Below, piece by piece: positions 10,901-19,103 of a stretch of 64,000 nt of DNA. The notes beneath the pieces were generated by a model. That model was not told where the DNA came from. It worked only from the letters and a program-made list of their open reading frames with translations, and did no database searches. This DNA is from Lachnospiraceae bacterium (lineage in GTDB: Bacteria > Bacillota > Clostridia > Lachnospirales > Lachnospiraceae), in the NCBI GenBank assembly GCA_009774625.1, contig VSOB01000005.1, positions 10,061 to 74,060 of the forward strand, written 5' to 3'. The number at the start of each line of letters is the position of its first letter. The stretch's first letter is position 1. The position numbers and the translations under genes are program-made.

Positions 10901-12544
10901 ATTACGGAAGTGAATCCGTTAAGCCCTCATTACTACTGTACGAACTGTTATTACAATGATTTTACTTCTGACGAGGTGAAACAGTATGCGGGCCGGGCGG
11001 GCTGCGATATGCCGGATAAACTGTGTCCGGTATGCGGGAAACCGCTGAAAAAGGACGGTTTCGACATTCCCTTTGAGACATTCCTGGGCTTTAAGGGAGA
11101 TAAGGAGCCGGATATCGATCTGAATTTCTCCGGAGAGTATCAGAGCAAAGCCCATAAGTACACGGAGGTAATCTTCGGGGCAGGCCAGACCTATCGGGCA
11201 GGCACCATCGGCACGCTGGCGGACAAGACGGCATATGGATATGTGAAGCGGTATTATGAAGAGCGGGGTACACGGAAACGGAACTGTGAGATCAACCGGA
11301 TCGTTATGGGCTGCACCGGCATCCGGCGCAGCACGGGACAGCATCCGGGCGGCATTATTGTACTGCCTCTGGGAGAGGATATCAATTCCTTTACCCCGGT
11401 ACAGCATCCGGCGAATGATATGACCACAGATATCGTGACCACGCATTTTGACTATCATTCCATCGATCATAACCTGTTAAAGCTGGATATTCTGGGACAC
11501 GATGATCCTACCATGATCCGTATGCTTCAGGATCTGACCGGCATCGATCCGGTCAAAATTCCGCTGGACGACAAACAGGTCATGACACTGTTCCAGAGTA
11601 CAAAAGCTCTGGGGATTACACCGGATCAGATCGGGGGCTGCCGGCTGGGCTCTCTGGGGATACCTGAGTTCGGGACGGAATTTGCCATGCAGATGCTTCT
11701 GGATACAAAACCCACTTCGTTTTCCGACCTGGTGCGGATCGCCGGACTGGCCCACGGGACAGACGTATGGCTGGGAAATGCGCAGACACTGATAGAAGAA
11801 GGAAAAGCCACTATTTCCACGGCGATCTGTACCAGGGACGATATTATGGTGTATCTGATCGGGATGGGCGTGGAAAGCAGCCTTTCCTTTAAGATCATGG
11901 AATCGGTCAGAAAAGGGAAAGGTCTGCAGCCGGAGATGGAAGAGGCTATGGTGGAAGCGGGAGTGCCGGACTGGTATATCTGGTCCTGCAAGAAGATTAA
12001 GTACATGTTTCCCAAAGCCCATGCGGCAGCCTATGTGATGATGGCATGGCGGATCGCTTATTGTAAGATCAATTATCCTCTGGCGTATTATGCGGCTTAT
12101 TTCAGTATCCGGGCGTCGGCTTTTTCCTATGAGCTGATGTGCCAGGGGCAGGAACATCTGGAGCGTGTGATGGCAGATTACCGGCGCAGAAACGATACGC
12201 TCAGCAAGAAAGAGCAGGACTCCTACAAGGATATGAAGGTGGTGCAGGAAATGTATGTACGGGGGTTTACCTTTGTACCCATTGATATCTTTACAGCCAA
12301 TTCACGTTCGTTCCGGATTACCGAAGGGAAGCTGATGCCTTCCTTAAGCAGCATTGACGGACTGGGAGAGAAGGCGGCGGACGCCATTGTGGAGGCGGCA
12401 AAGGACGGCCCGTTTTTATCCAAAGAGGATTTCCGGGAGCGGACCAGAGTGTCCAAGACCGTAACAGATCTGATGGACAGCCTGCATCTTCTGGGGAATC
12501 TGCCGGAGTCCAATCAGATCAGTCTGTTTGATCTGGTAATCTGA
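7976..12544 (+). CDS. polC: DNA polymerase III alpha subunit, PolC type
   Basis: 1522 aa. PHP domain (HCHTKMSDMDG), inserted 3'-5' exonuclease (VVFDLETTG, HHRAVDDAEA), a Zn-finger-like CxxC pair and the polymerase core. There is an expanded low-complexity K/E/Q/G-rich linker at roughly aa 170-270. Confidence 0.97.
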   Translation: MAKQFLEVFPTLQIKEENKALLKRVQVERVTATKRRDFLRIYLSSDHLLTKDVIFGLERDIKKQLFPQADLVVRIYEKYTLSAQYNPRTLTEVYRDSILLELKEYSHMEYVMFKGAEISFPDEKNISLTVRDSVPAREKGPELVRILEKIYGERFGFSVFVELEYKETDQTDDGEEDRRIALQVAQIAARAAIEQGGRSESSHCAESGAVQQKDTVGQSGQAVKAAAEQTTEEKKEKPAQKREQEKKSGWGGRGKGDMGKRPLRRSDNPDVIYGRDFEEDAIRIDEVVGEMGEVVIRGMILQVDARELRNERTVLIFDVTDFTDTITIKLFVTNEQTAEMLGHLKKGSFIRLKGVTIIDKFDNELTLGSIAGIKKIPDFTAGRMDNSGKKRVELHCHTKMSDMDGVSEASDLIKRAYQWGHPAIAITDHGVVQSFPDANHVWEGLWKEEKARRKTAGEENPDPQDFFKVIYGMEAYLVDDLKEVVTNDCGQDLDGTYVVFDLETTGFSPVQNQIIEIGAVKVANGEIADRFSTFVNPGVPIPFRIEQLTGIRDEDVMDAPPIETALPEFLAFCRGCVLVAHNAAFDMSFVTENAGRQGLDCVFTSVDTVGIARLLLPGQAKHTLDAVAKKLGVSLENHHRAVDDAEATAEIFLKFLPMLQKEGVQKLADINVMCASSPDTVKRMPAYHAIMLARNDTGRVNLYTMVSESHLTYFSKRPRIPKSLFLKHREGILLGSACEAGELYRALLDGRSEQEIARIVNFYDYLEIQPVGNNAFMIDSERVENIHCEEDIRKINQKIVELGEQFHKPVAATCDVHFLDPGDEVYRRIIMACKGFGDADNQAPLYLRTTEEMLEEFAYLGSDKAYEVVVANTNLIAEQIETISPVRPDKCPPVIPDSDKTLTDICYKKAHEMYGDPLPSIVQERLEKELHSIISNGFAVMYIIAQKLVWKSVEDGYLVGSRGSVGSSFVATMSGITEVNPLSPHYYCTNCYYNDFTSDEVKQYAGRAGCDMPDKLCPVCGKPLKKDGFDIPFETFLGFKGDKEPDIDLNFSGEYQSKAHKYTEVIFGAGQTYRAGTIGTLADKTAYGYVKRYYEERGTRKRNCEINRIVMGCTGIRRSTGQHPGGIIVLPLGEDINSFTPVQHPANDMTTDIVTTHFDYHSIDHNLLKLDILGHDDPTMIRMLQDLTGIDPVKIPLDDKQVMTLFQSTKALGITPDQIGGCRLGSLGIPEFGTEFAMQMLLDTKPTSFSDLVRIAGLAHGTDVWLGNAQTLIEEGKATISTAICTRDDIMVYLIGMGVESSLSFKIMESVRKGKGLQPEMEEAMVEAGVPDWYIWSCKKIKYMFPKAHAAAYVMMAWRIAYCKINYPLAYYAAYFSIRASAFSYELMCQGQEHLERVMADYRRRNDTLSKKEQDSYKDMKVVQEMYVRGFTFVPIDIFTANSRSFRITEGKLMPSLSSIDGLGEKAADAIVEAAKDGPFLSKEDFRERTRVSKTVTDLMDSLHLLGNLPESNQISLFDLVI

Positions 12545-12571
12545 CAAAAAAATTTTAAAAATTTTGAAAAA

Positions 12572-12616
12572 AACACTTGCTTTTTCTGCAAAAGTATAAT
12601 AAGATAAGCAAGTGTT
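12572..12616. repeat. perfect 11-bp inverted repeat between polC and the tRNA, with a TATAAT hexamer in the loop
   Basis: AACACTTGCTT (12572-12582) is the exact reverse complement of AAGCAAGTGTT (12606-12616). The 23-nt loop contains TATAAT (12595-12600). An A-tract lies upstream and no T-tract lies downstream. Confidence 0.6.
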
Positions 12617-12622
12617 AAACAT

Positions 12623-12694
12623 GGCGTGTTGGTCAAGAGGTTAAGACGCCGCCCTCTCACGGCGGAATCAGGGGTTCGATTCCCCTACACGCTG
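12623..12694 (+). tRNA. tRNA-Glu, anticodon CUC
   Basis: A 72-nt cloverleaf folded by hand. Acceptor GGCGTGT/ACACGCT (G1-U72 wobble), D-arm GTC-AAGAGGTTAA-GAC, anticodon arm CCGCC-CTCTCAC-GGCGG, T-arm AGGGG-TTCGATT-CCCCT. It is almost colinear with the Bacillus tRNA-Glu scaffold. CCA is not encoded. Confidence 0.85.
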
Positions 12695-12727
12695 CGACTG
12701 TATGATACAGCCCAACCCGGAAAGAAT

Positions 12728-12772
12728 GTTGGAAACCTTGAATTTATGTGGTTTGCAACATTTTTTTATTTT
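12728..12772 (+). terminator. intrinsic terminator after tRNA-Glu
   Basis: GTTGGAAACC (12728-12737) pairs with GGTTTGCAAC (12750-12759), 9 of 10 bp, followed by ATTTTTTTATTTT. Confidence 0.6.
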
Positions 12773-12899
12773 GGGGAAAAGAAGTTTTTACAGAGTGGAA
12801 AGCGATCGACAATTCAACAGACCTTACACTTTGGCTGGCAGCTTTATTCTTTGCTTTTATCAATCTCTGCCAGATTCATACCAAGAGCGGTCAGGCTTT

Positions 12900-12945
12900 C
12901 TGAAAAGGCCTGAAAACCAGTGTTTTCAAGCCCTTTTCAGTTTTG
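12900..12945 (+). terminator. orphan terminator-like compound hairpin in a non-coding spacer
   Basis: Outer helix CTGAAAAGG/CCTTTTCAG stacks on inner helix TGAAAAC/GTTTTCA with loop CAGT, followed by TTTTG. No credible upstream ORF. Confidence 0.45.
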
Positions 12946-13007
12946 TACGGACAGGACAGGGAGGACGGGGCTGGTAACATTTTCTCCGTATAATTGTAGT
13001 GATATTA

Positions 13008-13037
13008 TTGACAATTTGGTCAGTAAAGTGTTATGTT
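13008..13037 (+). promoter_or_regulatory. candidate sigma-A promoter for the signalling operon
   Basis: TTGACA (13008-13013), 18-nt spacer, TG-extended TATGTT (13032-13037), about 50 nt upstream of ATG 13087. Confidence 0.45.
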
Positions 13038-13086
13038 AGTAGAGGGAAAAATTAAAAATGTATAAAGAAATGGTTCAGGAGAAGAG

Positions 13087-14178
13087 ATGAATAGACAGCA
13101 GATATTAATTGTTGACGATGAAGAGGTAAACAGAGAGATACTGAACGAAATGTTCAGAGATGCCAGAGAAGAATATGTGCTGCTTGAGGCAGCCAATGGG
13201 CAGGATGCGATTTTACAGATTGAAAGTCATAATAATATAGCATTGATTTTACTGGATGTGGTCATGCCTGTAATGGATGGTTTCAGTGTATTGGATTATA
13301 TGCATAAGAATAATTTGCTGCAGACCATACCGGTGATCCTGATTACCAGCGAGGATGAGCTGGATACAGACGATCAGGCATATTCCTATGGTGTGGCTGA
13401 TGTGATACATAAACCTTTTTATCCCCATATCGTAAAAAGAAGAAGCAAAAATATCATTGAGCTGTATCAGAGCAGGTTCAATATGGAGAGGCGTCTGCAG
13501 GAACAGGAGGCAGAGATCCGGGCGCAGGTAAAGGAGATTCGGGAAACCAACGAATTTATGATAGATGCGCTCAGTTCTGTGGTAGAGTTCAGAAGTGCGG
13601 AAACCGGTGAGCATACCAGGCGGATCAAGTATTTTACAAGGATTTTGCTGAAATACATGATGAAATATTTCCCCAAATATGGCCTGACATCCTCCAAGAT
13701 CGATATGATCGCAAGGGCGTCGGTTCTGCATGACATTGGCAAGATCGGTATTCCGGATGCGATATTGCTGAAGCCTGATAAACTGACAGAAGAAGAATTT
13801 GAGGTTATCAAAACCCATACGACGATCGGATGCAGCATACTGGAGAGATCTTATAAGAATCAGGCCAGTGAGTTCTATCGTTATTGTTATGAAATTTGCC
13901 GTCATCACCATGAGAGATGGGACGGAAACGGATATCCGGATCATCTGGAGGGAGATGCGATCCCGATCAGTGCACAGATCGTTGCCGTTGCGGATGTTTA
14001 CGATGCACTGGTTAGTCCGAGGGTATACAAGAAACCCTATGTAAATGATACTGCATATGATATGATTTTGAACGGTGAGTGCGGACAGTTTTCGCCGGAT
14101 GTACTTGAGTGCTTTGAACTTGCCAAGGAAGATTTTTTTAATATTGTGGAAGTTATTAAAATGTTTGAGTTCAAATAA
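13087..14178 (+). CDS. response regulator with an HD-GYP output domain (putative c-di-GMP phosphodiesterase)
   Basis: N-terminal REC (ILIVDDEE, LLDVVMP, KPF), a coiled linker, then intact HD-GYP motifs (EHTRRI, LHDIGKIGIPD, HHERWDGNGYP). Confidence 0.85.
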   Translation: MNRQQILIVDDEEVNREILNEMFRDAREEYVLLEAANGQDAILQIESHNNIALILLDVVMPVMDGFSVLDYMHKNNLLQTIPVILITSEDELDTDDQAYSYGVADVIHKPFYPHIVKRRSKNIIELYQSRFNMERRLQEQEAEIRAQVKEIRETNEFMIDALSSVVEFRSAETGEHTRRIKYFTRILLKYMMKYFPKYGLTSSKIDMIARASVLHDIGKIGIPDAILLKPDKLTEEEFEVIKTHTTIGCSILERSYKNQASEFYRYCYEICRHHHERWDGNGYPDHLEGDAIPISAQIVAVADVYDALVSPRVYKKPYVNDTAYDMILNGECGQFSPDVLECFELAKEDFFNIVEVIKMFEFK

Positions 14179-14256
14179 TCCCTTTGAAACAGATAACAGG
14201 CAGTGAAAAGTTCTTCATTTTTACTGCCCTTTTTTCTATGCTATGGGAGGAAGGCT

Positions 14257-15690
14257 ATGAATCAGAGGGAAGATTCCATATTCCCCATGGAAGAGGCGCT
14301 GGAAATGATGTTTGTGTTCGGTGCATCGGGGGAGATTTTATATGCGAATGCCGCAGCGAAAAAAAAGCTGGAATATGGAGACGAACTGTGCGGCAAATAT
14401 ATTTATGATGTGTTTCCCAATACATTTCAGGCCTCCGGAGGAGGCTTTCAGACAGAATATCCTTTTGGGCATACGCCCCGGAATCTGGTGGCATACCGCA
14501 GTAATCTGACATGCTTTCCGGTGGAGGCAAGGATTCTGTCTGTCAGGGAGGCAGAGGATCAGTACATATGTATGGCCAATGATATCCTGGAAAAAGAATT
14601 TCTCAGCCGTGAGGTGGAGCAGGTCAGGGAAGAAGCCAGGCAGGCGCTGAAGGTGAAATCAGAGTTTGTGGCCAATGTGACCCATGAGCTGCGTACACCG
14701 GTGAACGGTGTGCTGGGCAATGTCCGGGAACTGATGGACGATGTGACAGACGAACATACATTAAAGGCGCTGCGGCTGATTGAACGCTGCTGCGGCGATA
14801 TGAATAAGATTATTAATAATATTCTGGATTTTTCCAAGCTGGAAGCCGGGAAATTCACATTGGAACCCCGCAGATTCCATTTCAGGAATATGCTGGATTA
14901 TGTGAAATCTCACCATCTGAATAAGATCACCGAGAAGGGTCTGGGGTTTTTCATGACGGTGTCGCCGCAAGTGCCGGAATATATCATCGGAGATGAGCTG
15001 CGTATCGTACAGATACTGAATAATCTGCTGTCCAATGCGCTGAAATTTACTTCTGTAGGTAAAATCACCGTAGAGGTGATCAGGACCGCGCGGGTCAATG
15101 ACAGGATGGAGCTGTTTTTTATTGTCAAGGATACCGGAATCGGCGTGGATAAGGCGGATCGGGATAAACTGTTCCAGAGTTTTTCCCAGGTGGATGCGTC
15201 TATTTCCAGAAAATACGGGGGAACAGGCCTGGGGCTGAATATCTGCAAACAGCTTGTGGAGCTGATGGGCGGGACGATTGAGGTGGAGAGTGAGAAAAAT
15301 AAGGGCAGTACTTTTTCTTTCTCTATCTGGTCCGGAGTCTGTGAGGAAGATGAGACTACGCTGTCCCAGGACAACGATACAAAGGCTTCGCTGACGATGC
15401 ATGCATCGCCCGGCAGCGACGGGGAAGAAGAGGAAGTGAAAACCTACGGTACGCCGGAAAATCTCAGGACTCTGAAGCGGAATCTTTCCAAGTTGATTCT
15501 CTGCGTGGAAATGGAAAACTGGGAGAAGGCGGAGATGTTTATGGAAACCGTCCGGCAGTTGACGGAAGGGGCGCCGCGGGAGGTGAGCCGCAAGGCGCTC
15601 AGACTCAAAATGGCAATACAGAAAGAAAATTATGATAAAACGGCGGCAGAGTTTCATGAGCTGGAATCTCTGCTGGAAGTACAGCCATAA
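14257..15690 (+). CDS. cytoplasmic PAS-type sensor histidine kinase
   Basis: No TM segment. PAS-like N-terminus, H-box THELRTPVNG, N/G boxes (LLSNALKFT, DTGIGV, GGTGLGL). A ~110-aa helical C-terminal extension has unknown function. ATG 14257 follows GGGAGGAAGG. Confidence 0.85.
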   Translation: MNQREDSIFPMEEALEMMFVFGASGEILYANAAAKKKLEYGDELCGKYIYDVFPNTFQASGGGFQTEYPFGHTPRNLVAYRSNLTCFPVEARILSVREAEDQYICMANDILEKEFLSREVEQVREEARQALKVKSEFVANVTHELRTPVNGVLGNVRELMDDVTDEHTLKALRLIERCCGDMNKIINNILDFSKLEAGKFTLEPRRFHFRNMLDYVKSHHLNKITEKGLGFFMTVSPQVPEYIIGDELRIVQILNNLLSNALKFTSVGKITVEVIRTARVNDRMELFFIVKDTGIGVDKADRDKLFQSFSQVDASISRKYGGTGLGLNICKQLVELMGGTIEVESEKNKGSTFSFSIWSGVCEEDETTLSQDNDTKASLTMHASPGSDGEEEEVKTYGTPENLRTLKRNLSKLILCVEMENWEKAEMFMETVRQLTEGAPREVSRKALRLKMAIQKENYDKTAAEFHELESLLEVQP

Positions 15691-15714
15691 AGAACAAAAA
15701 AAGAAGGTGTGGAT

Positions 15715-16776
15715 ATGTTTAAGCGGGACAGGGGCCTGGGACAGGAAAAAATACTGATTGTGGATGATGTGGAGACAAACCGGCTGGTGCTGGAGGAGAT
15801 TATACAGAGTATGGGCTGTGTACCTGTTCTGGCGGAGAGCGGAGAGCAGGCGCTGGAGCTGGCGGCCTCGGAACACCCTCAGCTTGTGCTGACCGATATT
15901 TCCATGCCTGGCATGGACGGTTATGTGCTGTGCAGGACTTTAAAGGGAAAAGAGGAAACAAAAGATATTCCGGTTATCTTTATTTCGGCATATGATGATC
16001 CGATGGATATTGTGGAAGGACTTTCTCTGGGCGGGGAAGATTATATTACCAAGCCCTTTATTCCGGAAGTGGTGCAGGCGCGGGTCGGTGTACATCTGAG
16101 CCTGCATGTGGCAAAGCGGGATCTGATGGAGATGAACAGGAGGCTTCAGGTTTCTGTCAGTGAGCAGTTACATCAGATGGAGCAGGAGAAAAAGAGTATT
16201 CTGTACGCTCTGGCGGGGATCGCGGCAAAAAATTCTGCTTATGAAAAGGAGCATATGGAACGGCTGGGGAAAAACTGCAGGATTCTGGCGCAGGGGATGC
16301 AGCTTTCGCCTCTGTTTGAAGATAAGATTTCGGACACTTATGTGGATACGATAGAGTTGGCCGCACCGCTTTGCGACATCGGAAATATAGGGGTGCCGAT
16401 GGAGATTTTGCGGAAGCGGGAAGATCTGACACCGGAAGAGTCGGCGGAGATCAGGGCGCATACGGTCATCGGCGCGGGGCTTTTGCGGGATCTGCATGTC
16501 AGTAATGACTATAATGACTTTATCAGTACATCCATTGAAATTGCCCATTATCATCATGAAAACTATGACGGAAGCGGGTATCCGGAAGGGCTGGCAGGGA
16601 CGCGGATTCCGCTGGCGGCGCAGATCGTGTCCATTGCAGATGCATACTGCAGCTTAACCGGTGAGGGCGGTCTTGACGGGGAAGAAGCACTGGAGACTAT
16701 GAGCAGAGAAGCGGGCAGCAGTTTCAATCCGGATATTTTTACGATCTGCCGCAAGATATCGCGCCAGTTATGTTAA
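15715..16776 (+). CDS. response regulator with an HD-GYP-like output domain, HD dyad degenerate (CD)
   Basis: REC (ILIVDDVE, LTDISMPGMDG, KPF) followed by EHMERL...LCDIGNIGVP...HHENYDGSGYP. The HD position reads Cys-Asp. ATG 15715 is better spaced from aagaagg than GTG 15709. Confidence 0.85.
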   Translation: MFKRDRGLGQEKILIVDDVETNRLVLEEIIQSMGCVPVLAESGEQALELAASEHPQLVLTDISMPGMDGYVLCRTLKGKEETKDIPVIFISAYDDPMDIVEGLSLGGEDYITKPFIPEVVQARVGVHLSLHVAKRDLMEMNRRLQVSVSEQLHQMEQEKKSILYALAGIAAKNSAYEKEHMERLGKNCRILAQGMQLSPLFEDKISDTYVDTIELAAPLCDIGNIGVPMEILRKREDLTPEESAEIRAHTVIGAGLLRDLHVSNDYNDFISTSIEIAHYHHENYDGSGYPEGLAGTRIPLAAQIVSIADAYCSLTGEGGLDGEEALETMSREAGSSFNPDIFTICRKISRQLC

Positions 16777-16799
16777 AGTTTTGAGGGGAGGAGTATCAG

Positions 16800-17618
16800 T
16801 TGATTTCAGATGAGGAGTTTTTACGGATCGCGGCTTATATGAAGCAGCGATATGGCATTGACCTGCATCAGAAAAAGGTCATTATCAATGGCAGGCTGGA
16901 AAATCGTATTAAGGCGGAGGGCTTCCAGAGCTTTGATGCTTTTATGAATGCAGTGGAAAGAGACAAATCCGGCAGACTGGAGAAAATGCTGGTCAATGTA
17001 CTGACTACCAACCATACCTATTTTATGAGGGAATTTGAGCATTTTGAATATTTGAAAAATGTGGTGCTGCCCTGGCTGAAAAATAAGGAAAGTGCGAAGA
17101 AAGATCTGCGGATCTGGTGCGGCGCTGCCTCCTCCGGAGAGGAGCCTTATATGATCGCTATGGTTATGGATGATTTTTTCGGACTGGAGCGGGGGCAGTG
17201 GGATAAAAAACTGCTGGCCACGGATTTATCCACGAAGGTACTGCAGCAGGCAATTGCAGGCATTTATAATGCGGAACAGTTGAAGAATCTTCCGGAGCAG
17301 TGGAAAAGGCATTTTTTCAAGGCTTTGGGTACGGGACAGTATCAGGTGACGGAAGAACTGAAAAGGGAAGTGATATTCCGTCAGTTCAATCTTATGAATC
17401 CCTTTCCGTTCAAAAAGAAAATGCACACTGTTTTTTTGCGCAATGTTATGATATATTTTGATGAGAATACAAAGCGGGAGCTGGTGCAGAAGGTATACGA
17501 TGCGCTGGAGCCAGGCGGGTATTTTTTCATAGGGACGACTGAGACGCTGGATCGGAACAGTACGCCGTTTCAGATCATTCAACCGTCTATATTCAGAAAA
17601 AAGGAAGGGAATGGGTAA
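16800..17618 (+). CDS. cheR: chemotaxis protein methyltransferase
   Basis: CheR N-terminal helical domain plus a SAM-dependent methyltransferase fold (RIWCGAASSGEEPY, FLRNVMIYF). TTG start after GAGGGGAGGAG. Confidence 0.9.
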   Translation: MISDEEFLRIAAYMKQRYGIDLHQKKVIINGRLENRIKAEGFQSFDAFMNAVERDKSGRLEKMLVNVLTTNHTYFMREFEHFEYLKNVVLPWLKNKESAKKDLRIWCGAASSGEEPYMIAMVMDDFFGLERGQWDKKLLATDLSTKVLQQAIAGIYNAEQLKNLPEQWKRHFFKALGTGQYQVTEELKREVIFRQFNLMNPFPFKKKMHTVFLRNVMIYFDENTKRELVQKVYDALEPGGYFFIGTTETLDRNSTPFQIIQPSIFRKKEGNG

Positions 17619-17621
17619 TGT

Positions 17622-18656
17622 ATGCAGCCAATTAAAGTATTGATTGTAGAAGATTCCATTGTATTCCGGGAACTGCTGGTGCAGAATCTGAGCAGGGACC
17701 CGGCCATTCAGGTGGTAGGGACTGCCAGGGATCCTTTTGAAGCAAGGGATGCCATACTGGCAAAGAAACCGGATGTTATGACATTGGACGTGGAGCTGCC
17801 GAGGATGAGCGGGATAGAGTTTTTGAGGAAACTGATGCCCCAGTACCCGCTTCCGGTGGTGGTGATCAGCTCGCTGAGTGATAAGGTATTTGATGCACTG
17901 AACGCAGGCGCCGTGGACTTTGTAGCCAAACCGGCGGTATCCAGCAGGGCACAGTTAGAGGATTTTATCCGGAATGAACTGTTGGTGAAGATCAAGATCG
18001 CTTCCACAGCCAAGATCAGCAATATCAAACGAAAGGTGATGGAGCAGGAGCAGCACGGACAGCGGCTCTCCACAAAGCGCAACAATCTGCTTGTGGCAAT
18101 CGGTGCGTCCACAGGAGGCACCGAAGCGATTTTTGCGGTTGCCAAAGAGTATGGAACGGACATTCCGGGCATCGTGGTGGTGCAGCATATGCCGCCCGGC
18201 TTTACTTCCATGTATGCCAAAAGGCTGAATGACCAGTGCCGGATACAGGTCAAGGAGGCACAGACCGGGGATCGGGTCCTGCCGGGCCATATGCTGATTG
18301 CACCGGGAGGGGATCAGCATATGCGGCTTGTAAAGGTAAACGGCGGTTATCAGGTGGAGTGTAAAAGAGGGCCCAGGGTCAATGGACACTGTCCGTCGGT
18401 GGATGTGCTGTTTGAATCAGTGGCCAAAAACGCCGGGGCCGATGCCGTGGGAATCATTCTCACCGGTATGGGGGGCGACGGGGCCAAAGGGCTGCTGGCG
18501 ATGAGAAAAGCCGGCGCCAGAACCATCGGTCAGGATGAATCCACCTGCGTGGTCTATGGTATGCCAAAGGTAGCCTATGATCTGGGCGCGGTGGAGTATC
18601 AGGAAAAATTGACACAGATCGCAGGAAGAACCTATGCGTTGTTGAATAAAATGTAA
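17622..18656 (+). CDS. cheB: protein-glutamate methylesterase/glutaminase
   Basis: REC (VLIVEDS, LDVELP) plus the methylesterase catalytic domain (IGASTGGTEA, VVQHMP, LTGMGGDG). Confidence 0.92.
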   Translation: MQPIKVLIVEDSIVFRELLVQNLSRDPAIQVVGTARDPFEARDAILAKKPDVMTLDVELPRMSGIEFLRKLMPQYPLPVVVISSLSDKVFDALNAGAVDFVAKPAVSSRAQLEDFIRNELLVKIKIASTAKISNIKRKVMEQEQHGQRLSTKRNNLLVAIGASTGGTEAIFAVAKEYGTDIPGIVVVQHMPPGFTSMYAKRLNDQCRIQVKEAQTGDRVLPGHMLIAPGGDQHMRLVKVNGGYQVECKRGPRVNGHCPSVDVLFESVAKNAGADAVGIILTGMGGDGAKGLLAMRKAGARTIGQDESTCVVYGMPKVAYDLGAVEYQEKLTQIAGRTYALLNKM

Positions 18657-18668
18657 AGGAGAGAGGAC

Positions 18669-19061
18669 ATGAAGATTTTATTGGCAGAAGATGATTTTGC
18701 GACAAGGAAGTTTATGGTGAATTTCCTGTCAAAGTATGGCGAATGTGATGCAACTGTGGACGGTATGGAAGCGGTGGACGCATTTATGATGGCTTTGGAG
18801 GATGAGGAACCGTATGATCTGGTATGTCTTGATATTATGATGCCGGTTATGGACGGGTATCAGGCGCTTATGGGGATCCGGAATCTGGAAAAGGACCGGA
18901 ACATTCCTGAGGATCAGGCGGTGAAAGTGATTATGACAACGGCGCTGAATGAGGAAAGAAATGTAAAAATGGCGTTTGAACTGGGCTGTACGATCTATTC
19001 CGGTAAGCCGATTGATCAGGGGCGGTTTGAGCAGGCGCTGAAAAAACTGGGCCTGATCTGA
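18669..19061 (+). CDS. cheY: single-domain CheY-like response regulator
   Basis: 130-aa REC only (LLAEDD, CLDIMMPVMDG, MTTA, GKP). Its position between cheB and cheA fits CheY. Confidence 0.8.
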   Translation: MKILLAEDDFATRKFMVNFLSKYGECDATVDGMEAVDAFMMALEDEEPYDLVCLDIMMPVMDGYQALMGIRNLEKDRNIPEDQAVKVIMTTALNEERNVKMAFELGCTIYSGKPIDQGRFEQALKKLGLI

Positions 19062-19103
19062 GACAAAAGAACATAGATTGGAATATGCAGGAAAGGAGAA
19101 TGT

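Noticed and set aside
12844-12936. A minus-strand frame reading KGLENTGFQAFSESLTALGMNLAEIDKSKE-stop, possibly the relic of a mobile-element gene next to the tRNA
   Set aside because: It is only ~30 codons long, bounded by an in-frame stop, with no usable start. I cannot place the peptide in a family, so there is not enough evidence to call a pseudogene.
12626-12977. The + strand ORFs 12626-12913 and 12702-12977
   Set aside because: The first starts inside the tRNA-Glu gene and reads through its terminator. Both cross hairpins, lack an RBS and show no family resemblance.
15330-15690. The C-terminal ~110 aa of the PAS kinase as a degenerate Hpt domain lacking the phospho-His
   Set aside because: It is helical with a vaguely Hpt-like spacing (…SRKALRLKMAIQKENY…), but the resemblance is too weak to assert without a profile search.
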